Positions 30,139 to 38,184 of a stretch of DNA of 64,000 nucleotides are shown piece after piece; within the stretch, counting starts at the first letter, position 1, and the number at the start of each line of letters is the position of its first letter. Location: positions 160,001 to 224,000 of the forward strand of contig CAXXWS020000004.1 in NCBI GenBank assembly GCA_963665325.3, given 5' to 3'. The notes below the pieces were generated by a model. It made no database searches and was not told the origin of the DNA. It worked only from the letters and a program-made list of their open reading frames with translations. The stretch is from Alphaproteobacteria bacterium (lineage in GTDB: Bacteria; Pseudomonadota; Alphaproteobacteria; Bin95). The position numbers were made by a program, and so were the translations under genes.

Positions 30139-30706
30139 TGAGGTATTTCGCCTGCCGGTGCCTGGTCTCCTCCGAGCATTTGCCCTCCGCCTTCAATTCC
30201 GCGATGGCGGCGGCATAGGTCGGCGCCCGGTCGGTGTTCAGCACCTCGGGCATTTCCCATTCCTTCCATCCTCTCAGGGCCTTGCCGAGGAGCCGCTTCG
30301 CCGCCTTGGTGCTGCGCGTCGCCGACAGATAGAAATCGATCGTGTTCCCGAACTTGTCCACCGCTCGGTGCAGATAGGCCCACCTGCCGCGGACCTTGAC
30401 GTAGGTCTCATCGATCCGCCAGCTTGATGAGCGCGGGTCCCGCCATTGCCAGCGAAGACGCCGCTCCATCTCCGGCGCGTATCGCTGCACCCAGCGATAG
30501 ATCGTCGTGTGGTCGACCGCCACCCCGCGCTCGGTCATCATCGTTTCCAGATCGCGATAGCTGACGGGATAGCGACAGTACCAGCGCACGGCCCAGAACA
30601 CGATCTCACCCTCGAAGTGACGCCCCTTGAAATCGTTCATGCCGCTGCCCGTCGCCCTAGACAGGGCAGACTGTTCGTCAGTCCAAACCAACTTTGCAAC
30701 AGAGCC
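30139..30706 (-). mobile_element. IS6-family remnant (left IR plus 5' part of transposase, 30640 to ~30139)
   Basis: GGCTCTGTTGCAAAG IS6-type IR; MNDFKGRHF...WRIDETYVKV...NTDRAP...AKYLN, then truncated. Confidence 0.88.
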
Positions 30707-30980
30707 CGCCGCGCTTCATTGAACCGCGCACCGGACATGCCTTGGGCGCGACTCGCAGGAGCTTGCTCACTCCGCCAAAGCCGGTGTATTTCGTTGATCG
30801 GGCTCCTCAGGGGGACAACAGCAGGGGTGCAGAAGGCGAGGACGTGGCGCAGCAGAGTGGGAACCGTTCTGAAGCGATGACGGCGCCGCATGGCGGAAAC
30901 GCCTCTCCCGCGGCTTCCACGCACCCCGACCGGCGCAGCGGGATGCACGGGGTTGCCGGGATAGTCGACGGGCGGACCGG

Positions 30981-32145
30981 ATGGGTGCTGTCTTGAACAG
31001 GCAGGACCTGTTCGAGCGCATTCTGCTGTCTCTCAGCGATGTTGCGCTCGGCGATGTCCCGTGGCTGGCGTCCGCCGGACTGATCGAGGAGTTTGTCGAG
31101 GCGAGCGGCAGTTTCCTGATCTTCGGCGACGGGGCCGCGCTGGACGATGTCTGCATCTTCTTTGCGCAGTTCTGCATGGGCGGGGAACGCAGGGACGACC
31201 TGGAGCGCATGTATTTCGAGACCTACCACGCCGTGGACGAACGTCTGTCGCGCGTTCGGCTGCTTGCCGACAGCGAGCTGGTCACGACTCGCTCGCTGTT
31301 CACCGAGGATGAACTGAAGACCTCGGCAGTTTACAACGAGGCCATGCCGCTCGCCCGTACCCGGGACGGCCTCCATGTGCGCCTTGACGGGCCGAAAGGC
31401 TCTCGCATCGTGTGGGCGGTGGGCGATCCGGTCGAGGGGGACGGCTGGTCGGGCGGGCAGGTGGAGTCGATCCGGTTGCTGCTGCCGTATGTCCGCCACT
31501 TCGTGCGGGTCCAGCAGACGCTGGCCGATGCCGGGGCGCTCGAGTCGTCGCTCACCGGGCTGCTCGACAATGTCCGCGTTGGGGTCCTGCAGCTCGACCG
31601 GCGCGGCCGGGTGATGGCGGTGAACGATCGCGCCCGGGACATCCTGCGCCGGGCTGATGGGCTGACCGACCGGGACGGCCTGCTGCAGGCGGCGCTGCCG
31701 GCAGAGGATACGAGGCTGCAATGTCTGCTGGCGGGGGGCCCTGCCCATCCCCGGCCGCGTCCGGGCGGGCGGTTCGATGATGGTGAGCCGTCCACATGCC
31801 CCGCAGCAGCTGATCGTGCATGTGAACCCGGTGAACGAAGCCCGGCCGAACTCGTATCGAGCCAGCGTCGGCGCGCTGGTGCTGGTCATCGAACCGGCGA
31901 GCCGCAACGGTATCGACGAGGCCCGGGTGGGCGCCATGCTCGAACTCACGCCGGTGGAGAGCGAGATTGCTGCAATGCTGGCGCGAGGGCGGACGATTCG
32001 CGAGATCGCGGCGGCAACAGGGCGCAGCCAGAGGGCTATCCGCTGGCACCTCGGTCATATCTTCGCCAAGCATGGCATCTCCCGGCAAGTCGAGCTGGTG
32101 CAGCTGGTGACGGTGCTTTGCAACATTCCGGAGTCCCGGCCGTGA
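30981..32145 (+). pseudogene. Orphan LuxR-type (PAS-like + HTH) regulator with a +1 frameshift
   Basis: Removing one G from the G6 run at 31733-31738 joins the N-terminal part to ...GGSMMVSR...LTPVESEIAAMLARGRTIREIA...FAKHGISRQVELV (LuxR HTH). Confidence 0.8.
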
Positions 32146-32318
32146 CAGCCGCCCGGCGCCGAGAGACGAGATGCTCTTCGATATCCAGATGACGCTCCTG
32201 GACGCTCCCTGACGATCGAGTTCGGGAGAGGACCGGCGCCTCGGACGGCCTCGCGACCGCCAACCGGCGATAGCCGATCAGGCCAAACCCGGGGCCCGGA
32301 TCAAAACGGCCAAATGCT

Positions 32319-32374
32319 CAGGATTCGCGGTCAAATCCCGCAGGAATCGCGGTCAAGTCCGCCAGGACTTTGCA
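32319..32374. repeat. 22-bp tandem repeat resembling an IS end
   Basis: CAGGATTCGCGGTCAAATCCCG / CAGGAATCGCGGTCAAGTCCGC / CAGGACTTTGCA. Confidence 0.5.
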
Positions 32375-32388
32375 GATTTCACCGGGTC

Positions 32389-33030
32389 TCATGGCGGTCC
32401 AGCACCATACCGAGGCGGCGCCTCGGGCAACAGGAAACGGTCCGAGCGCTTCTGTCGATAGCGCCGGATGCCCTTGCAGGGATTGCCGCCATCGGGCCGA
32501 TACCCCCAGGCTTCGGCCTGCTGCATGATGACGGACAGGATCGGCGCCGAACGGTTTGCCCCCGCCGGCGTCGCATGGAGCGAACGGAACCACCGCTGGA
32601 CGTCCTCACGGGTGATTTCCGCGACAGGCCGGCCCGCGAAGAAGGGCAGGATCTGACTGCGGAGATAGCGGCGGTTGACCGCGAGCGTTCGCGGCTTCCA
32701 GCGCCTGCCGTAGCGGACGAAGACTTCCTCTGCCACGGTCTCGAACAGCGTATCGCCGGACCCTTCCGTCTCTATATCCCTATCGTCGCGCAGTGCGGCC
32801 AGCATGGACCGGGCATGGGCGCGTGCTTCCGCCTCGGACATGACCGCCGCATCGCCGACAATCTTCCAGACCCGATGGCCCCGATGCTGGCTGTGGAGGG
32901 AATACCGCTTCGTGCCCGAGGGCGTGATGCGGACACCGTATCCCTTCAGTTCTGCGTCCCTGACACTGCGGACAGTCTTGCGGGACCGGAGGGCGTCGAC
33001 CCGGCGCTGGGTGAGGCGAATGGCTACCAT
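32389..33030 (-). pseudogene. Tyrosine integrase, N-terminal arm-binding and core-binding domains only
   Basis: RLTQRRVDAL...RDAELKGYGVRITPSGTK...EAR; EITREDV; NPCKGI; RFL; catalytic domain absent. Confidence 0.8.
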
Positions 33031-33283
33031 GACTGCGGTTCCCCGATCTGTTTGCATTCGTGTGCAAAACCGGGTTCGATTCCGCGCCCGGTTGCACCGG
33101 AAACGGAGACAATCCACAATCATGTCAGATGGTTAGCACCGAAGGTGCGCTGAGATGTGTGCATGCGGTAGCCCGCAAGCGGGAGGGGGGAACAGGCGCA
33201 GCCTCCCGTCGGGTGGAAGGGCAGCAGTGCGAAACGCCCCCGGACATGGGTCCCGCATCGAGCACTCCGGTTTGAGCGGGCCG

Positions 33284-33520
33284 ATGGCGCTTCACCAGAT
33301 TCTCGCCCTTGCCGTCCTCATCGCGCTCGGCATTGCAGTGGACGCCGCCGTGAGGCTCGTGCGCGCGAAGAAGCGCCCCGGCACCGACACGGCATGGCAG
33401 CGCAAACGCCTGGCCCTCTTCCTCGCGGTCTTCCTGGCGTTGGCGGCGGCATTCCTGACGATCAACCCGGACAGTCCGGGGACGCCGCAAAGCCTGTCGT
33501 CCGAAGGAGTATCCGAATGA
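33284..33520 (+). CDS. Small two-TM membrane protein
   Basis: Two hydrophobic segments; stop overlaps the ATG of the deaminase gene. Confidence 0.5.
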   Translation: MALHQILALAVLIALGIAVDAAVRLVRAKKRPGTDTAWQRKRLALFLAVFLALAAAFLTINPDSPGTPQSLSSEGVSE

Positions 33521-34512
33521 CGGAACACGACGCCTGGCTGGCCGGCCTGCCGAAGGCGGAACTGCACCTGCATCTGGAGGGCGCCATCCCGCTGCCGGCG
33601 CTGTTCGAGCTGGTCGAGGCCGCCGGTGGGGACCCGGCCGTGCCGACCGTTGAGGCATTGCGGGACCGCCTTGCCTATCCCGATTTCCCGGCCTTCATCG
33701 ACGCCTGGATCTGGAAGAACGGTTTCCTGCGGACCTACGGCGACTTCACTTTCATCGCCGAGGCCGTCGCCAAAGACCTTGCGCGCCAGAACATCCGCTA
33801 TGCGGAACTGTTCTTCTCGCCCGGCAGGTTTGCGGACCGGGGGCTGACGACTGCCGGTCTGGCAGCGGCCATCCGCAGCGGCTTCGACCGGGTTCCGGAG
33901 GTGACGCTCTACCTGATCGCCGATCTCGTTCGCGACCTCGGGCCGCAAAATGCGGCAAGGACGCTTGCCGAGGTCGTGGAAGTCGCGGGCGAAGCCGGCA
34001 TTCCGGGTATCGGCATCGGCGGCTCCGAACATCTCTATCCGCCCGAACCCTTTGCCGCCGTCTATGAGGAGGCCCGCAAGGCGGGGCTGCGCACAAGCGC
34101 CCATGCCGGCGAGGCGGCCGGGGCCAAGAGCGTCCGCGGGGCGGTGGAGGCGCTGCGGGTGGACCGCATCGGCCATGCGCTCCGCGCGGAAGAGGACGAG
34201 GCGGTGGTCGATCTGCTGGCGCGCAGCGGTGTCGTGCTCGAACTCTGTCCGCTTTCGAATCTCGCCACCGGCGTCATCGGGCGGATCGAGGACCATCCGG
34301 TGCGCCGCTACTGGGGGCGCGGCCTCAACATCACGATCAACACCGACGACCCGGGCATGTTCCACAACAGCCTCGCCGGCGAATACGCCGTGCTGATGGA
34401 TGTCTTCGGGTTCGGCCGCGATGAAATCCGGCGTCTGGCCGCCGCCGCTCTGGAGGGCGCCTGGTGCGGGCCGGACGAGAAGGCGAAGCTGCGTCCGCTT
34501 TTCGCCGCTTGA
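33517..34512 (+). CDS. add: Adenosine/adenine deaminase
   Basis: LPKAELHLHLEG, HAGE, RIGH, CPLSN, NTDDP. Confidence 0.9.
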   Translation: MTEHDAWLAGLPKAELHLHLEGAIPLPALFELVEAAGGDPAVPTVEALRDRLAYPDFPAFIDAWIWKNGFLRTYGDFTFIAEAVAKDLARQNIRYAELFFSPGRFADRGLTTAGLAAAIRSGFDRVPEVTLYLIADLVRDLGPQNAARTLAEVVEVAGEAGIPGIGIGGSEHLYPPEPFAAVYEEARKAGLRTSAHAGEAAGAKSVRGAVEALRVDRIGHALRAEEDEAVVDLLARSGVVLELCPLSNLATGVIGRIEDHPVRRYWGRGLNITINTDDPGMFHNSLAGEYAVLMDVFGFGRDEIRRLAAAALEGAWCGPDEKAKLRPLFAA

Positions 34513-34547
34513 CCCGCACCGTCCGGACTTGCCACTAATCGGGCTGC

Positions 34548-34642
34548 GGAGGGGAATCCGGTCCGGTGGCCGGCTCGGTCTTCAAAACCGCTGCGGCGGC
34601 GCATCGCTGCCAGGTGGGTTCGACTCCCACTCTCCTCCGCCA
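34548..34642 (+). tRNA. selC: tRNA-Sec (anticodon UCA)
   Basis: 95 nt; 8-bp acceptor stem GGAGGGGA/TCTCCTCC; anticodon loop CTTCAAA; long variable arm; GGTTCGACTCC T-arm; encoded GCCA end. Confidence 0.95.
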
Positions 34643-34820
34643 GTCCGGGCGTATGCAGACATCTCGTTTGGATTTGCATCCGCTGCGCCCGCCGGGCCGA
34701 CCGCACCGCACTCCGCGCCGCTTTCGCCACTTCCGCCCGGGTCCGCAGCTGCCCGCGTTGTTTTCCACAAGATGATGACTCATTGGTTCTGAAATTTGGT
34801 AATATTTCCCAAAACAGGAC

Positions 34821-34847
34821 TTGACCCTCAGGAAATTATGCTAAGAT
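34821..34847 (+). promoter_or_regulatory. Putative promoter of element copy A
   Basis: TTGACC-N15-TAAGAT with a TGn extended -10, in AT-rich context; same architecture in copy B. Confidence 0.55.
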
Positions 34848-34854
34848 AGGTCCA

Positions 34855-35060
34855 AGGGAGGTGGCGTCCGCGCGGACCGCTTCCCTTCGCGTCGGCCCGG
34901 CGCGGAACGACCCCGATTCAGCAGACAGGTGAAGTGCGCCCTCCGGCTCGCGCGCGCAATCAGGCGCGCGAACCGCGCCGGCGCCAACACGCGCCCGCGC
35001 CCGCCCGCGATACGCGCGAAACAGGGTCGTTCCCCGCCGGGGCGGCCTGTCTGTCCGTCA
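34855..35060 (+). ncRNA. Candidate structured RNA of unknown family (copy A)
   Basis: Collinear homology with 43255-43445 (-); conserved hairpins; identical 21-mer CGCGATACGCGCGAAACAGGG; long-range helix with compensatory changes. Confidence 0.6.
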
Positions 35061-35146
35061 ACGCCGTCCCCGCCGGCCCGGCGCGGTCCCGCACCGCAGC
35101 CGGGCTTCCGGTATCGAACGCCAGCGGAACGAAGGAGCCGCACCCC

Positions 35147-36127
35147 ATGCCCATCATCCAACCCGCCGTCGCGCTGTCCACACGCCAGGAGGCCTTCTGC
35201 CGCCACTATGCGGTTTCCGGCAATGCCGCAGACGCTGCAAGGCAGGCGGGCTACTCCGACCGCTCCGCCCGCCAGACCGGCTGCGCCTTATTGGAACGAC
35301 CCTACATTGTGGAACGGCTGCGGCGCATCCGCCTGTCCTGGAAGCGCACCGAGAGGGACGAGGCCCGTATCCTGCTCGCCCGGCTGGAGCAGGCCTGGGA
35401 CGCGGCCGTCGCCAGCGGCTCGGCCTACACGATGCTGCGGGTACTGCGCTTCCAGGCCGAGATTGCAGGGCTTACGGGGCCGACAACCGCGCGCCGTGCG
35501 GGGCTCTGGCCGATGCCGCACGAGGACGAACTCGGCGAGATCGAAGCGGGCGAGGCGCAGGAGGCGGGCACCGAGCCCGGCCCCTTGGCCGAGGCCGTGC
35601 GCAGCGGCCTCGACAGCGCCCGATGCGCGCTCGCGCGGCACCATGCCAGCCGGGAGGAGCTCGAGGCGCAGGAGGGTTTCGACCGGGCCGCGCACGAGGA
35701 AGTTGCCCGCAGGATCGCCGGAGCCGTCGAGGAGCGGACGCGCCTGCCCGTCTGCTTCGAGGCTCCCGCACCGCCCCCGGACGACGACCGGCCCCCCGCC
35801 GACGACCCGCCCGAGGAGACCTACGAGAACTGCCCGTGGGCAGGCGGCGAAGGGTCTGGCGACGAGGACAGGGTCGACGGTGACAGGGCCGACGGCGCCG
35901 AACATGACTGGCTCTACCAGCGCCGCAACGGCTACGCCGAAATCTACGACCCCTGGGCCCCGGAGGAGGTCCGGCAGCGAACGCGGAACCGCCTCGAACG
36001 GGAAGAGCGGGGCAGCGGCGAAGACGGTGACTGGAGTGGACCGGCAACGAAAAAGAATAAGAAGAAGAGGGCAAGGAAGACCGGGCCCGAGGGCGCCGGT
36101 TCCGCGCCGGACCATGACAGAACATGA
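35147..36127 (+). CDS. Protein with N-terminal small-terminase-like (Terminase_2-type HTH) domain and long acidic/low-complexity tail
   Basis: GAAGGAG RBS; LSTRQEAFCRHYAVSGNAADAARQAGYSDRSARQTGCALLERP matches the TerS pattern LT.KQ..F...Y....NA..AA..AGYS...A...G..LL..P. Confidence 0.75.
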   Translation: MPIIQPAVALSTRQEAFCRHYAVSGNAADAARQAGYSDRSARQTGCALLERPYIVERLRRIRLSWKRTERDEARILLARLEQAWDAAVASGSAYTMLRVLRFQAEIAGLTGPTTARRAGLWPMPHEDELGEIEAGEAQEAGTEPGPLAEAVRSGLDSARCALARHHASREELEAQEGFDRAAHEEVARRIAGAVEERTRLPVCFEAPAPPPDDDRPPADDPPEETYENCPWAGGEGSGDEDRVDGDRADGAEHDWLYQRRNGYAEIYDPWAPEEVRQRTRNRLEREERGSGEDGDWSGPATKKNKKKRARKTGPEGAGSAPDHDRT

Positions 36128-36138
36128 CATTGCATGAC
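36113..36138 (+). repeat. Triple CATGAC direct repeat, 10-bp period (copy A end)
   Basis: CATGAC at 36113, 36123 and 36133. Confidence 0.8.
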
Positions 36139-36185
36139 ACTTCCCAAGGGGTCTCCTGCGGCGAGGCCGCGCCATGCCGGGACAG

Positions 36186-36278
36186 CCTCCCTCGCAAGCG
36201 AAGGAGGGAGACAAGGAAGTCAGGCCGGCGCCATGGAATCCCCTCGCCCCGCTTGCGGGGAAAGGCCGGGAGAGGGGC
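36186..36278. repeat. Alphaproteobacterial REP/RIME-like palindromic elements
   Basis: CCTCCCTCGCAAGCGAAGGAGGG and CCCCTCGCCCCGCTTGCGGGGAAAGG...GAGAGGGG; related CCCGCAAGCGGGAGGGGG at ~33172. Confidence 0.55.
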
Positions 36279-36306
36279 CGGCTGGCCGCGCGGCCCCCGC
36301 CGTCGC

Positions 36307-38076
36307 TCAGTGCGAGTGGCGCGGCGGTTCCGCGGCGACGCGGCGGTAGCGGGTGGCGAACTCCAGGCAGCCGCCCTCGGCGAGCTGGCCCACATGGCTG
36401 CGGTAAAGCTCCTCCCAGGGCGTGTGGTTCTCCAGCGCCGGCGGGTCGTAGGCGGCCTGGCGCGCGGCGAGCACCTCTTCGGGAAGCAGGATATCGACGC
36501 GGCGCGTCCGCAGGTCCACCCGCAGCCGGTCGCCCGTTTCCAGTATGGCGAGATTACCGCCGACCGCGCTCTCCGGGCTCGCATTCAGGATCGACGGGCT
36601 GCCCGAAGTGCCGGACTGGCGGCCGTCGCCGATGGTCGGCAATTCGGTGACGCCGGCGCGGATGAGGGCCGCGGGCGGCTGCATATTGACGACTTCCGCC
36701 GAGCCCGGATAGCCGACCGGCCCGGCGCCGCGCATCACCAGTATGCAGGTTCCGTCGATGCCGAGCGCCGGGTCGTCGAGGCGCGCGTGGTAGTCCTCCG
36801 GCCCGTCGAACACGATGGCCTTGCCCTCGAAGGCGTCAGGGTCGTCCGGGTTCGAGAGGAACCGGGCGCGGAACTCCTCGGAGATCACGCTGGTTTTCAT
36901 CACCGCGGCGTCGAACAAATTGCCGCCCATGACGACGAAGCCGGCGCGCTCCTTCAGCGGCTGTCCCCAGGGGCGGATCACGTCCTCGTCGAGCGGCGCG
37001 GCATCGCCGATATTCTCTTCGATGGTCTTGCCCGTGACGGTGAGCGCGTCCGGGTTCAGCTTCCCGGCGCGCAGCAGCTCGCCCATGACAGCGGGCACGC
37101 CGCCCGCCCGGTGGTAGTCCTCGGCCAGATAGTCGCCGGCCGGCTGGCAGTTGACCAGGAGCGGGATGTCGTAGCCGCACTCCTGCCAGTCCTCCAATAC
37201 CAGTTCGACGCCCATATGGCGCGCGATGGCGTTGATGTGGATCGGCGCGTTTGTGGACCCGCCGATGGCGCTGTTGACCGTGATCGCGTTCTCGAAGGCG
37301 GCGCGGGTCAGGATGCGGTCGGGCGTCAGGTCCTCGTGGATCATGGCGACGATGCGCCGCCCGGTTTCATAGGCGTATTGCGCGCGCTCCTTGTGCGGGG
37401 CGGGCGGTGCGGCGGAGCCCGGCAGCGACATGCCGAGCGCCTCGGCGAGCGAGTTCATCGTCGTCGCCGTGCCCATGGTGTTGCAGTGGCCGGGGCTCGG
37501 CGCCGAGGAGGCCACCATCTCGATGAACTCCTCATAGCCGATCTCGCCCGCCGCCTGGAGCTTGCGCGCCTCCCAGACGATGGTGCCGGAACCGACGCGC
37601 CTGCCCTTCCACCAGCCGTTGAACATCGGCCCGCCATTGAGCGAGATCGCCGGCAGGTTCGCCGTCGCCGCCGCCATGATCATCGCCGGCGTGGTCTTGT
37701 CGCAGCCCGTGGTCAGGATCACCCCGTCGATGGGATAGCCGTGAAGCACCTCGACCAGACCCAGATAGGCGAGGTTGCGGTCGATGGCGGCGGTCGGGCG
37801 GCGCCCGCTCTCCTGGATCGGGTGTACCGGGAACTCGATGGCGATGCCGCCCGCCTCGCGGATGCCGGCGCGCATGCGCTCCGCCAGGCTCTGGTGGATG
37901 CGGTTGCAGGGCGAGAGGTCGGAGCCGGTCTGCGCGATGCCGACGATGGGCTTGCCGGACTGCAACTCCTCCCGCGTGATGCCGTAGTTCATGTACCGCT
38001 CGATATACATGGCGGTCATGCCCGGATCGTGCGGGTCGTTGAACCAACTCCGGCTGCGCAACTGCTTCCCGGCCAT
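36307..38076 (-). CDS. IlvD/Edd-family sugar-acid dehydratase (xylonate dehydratase-like)
   Basis: LRSRSWF, PCN, GCDKTTP, GHCNTMGTA, IGGSTN, GDGRQSGTS. Confidence 0.9.
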   Translation of the reverse strand: MAGKQLRSRSWFNDPHDPGMTAMYIERYMNYGITREELQSGKPIVGIAQTGSDLSPCNRIHQSLAERMRAGIREAGGIAIEFPVHPIQESGRRPTAAIDRNLAYLGLVEVLHGYPIDGVILTTGCDKTTPAMIMAAATANLPAISLNGGPMFNGWWKGRRVGSGTIVWEARKLQAAGEIGYEEFIEMVASSAPSPGHCNTMGTATTMNSLAEALGMSLPGSAAPPAPHKERAQYAYETGRRIVAMIHEDLTPDRILTRAAFENAITVNSAIGGSTNAPIHINAIARHMGVELVLEDWQECGYDIPLLVNCQPAGDYLAEDYHRAGGVPAVMGELLRAGKLNPDALTVTGKTIEENIGDAAPLDEDVIRPWGQPLKERAGFVVMGGNLFDAAVMKTSVISEEFRARFLSNPDDPDAFEGKAIVFDGPEDYHARLDDPALGIDGTCILVMRGAGPVGYPGSAEVVNMQPPAALIRAGVTELPTIGDGRQSGTSGSPSILNASPESAVGGNLAILETGDRLRVDLRTRRVDILLPEEVLAARQAAYDPPALENHTPWEELYRSHVGQLAEGGCLEFATRYRRVAAEPPRHSH

Positions 38077-38184
38077 GAGACGCTCTCCCCTCTGCTTGAG
38101 GCCGCGAGGGTAGCGAAGCGTTTTGCCGCCGGGAAGGCGTGCGTTACAATCCGGCGCGCGACAGGACGGGGGCCGGGAACGGTC

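Noticed and set aside
29636-30691. 351-aa ORF as a functional transposase
   Set aside because: Accidental read-through of fused IS6 and IS630 fragments; the middle section is out-of-frame sequence
33071-33092. GGGTTCGATTCC as a tRNA fragment/att site beside the integrase
   Set aside because: No acceptor stem or CCA, and it does not match the selC 3' end
34925-35026. Hammerhead ribozyme reading of GUGAAGU...CGAAAC
   Set aside because: The core deviates from CUGANGA in both copies (no 3-8 pair) and no NUH cleavage stem is evident
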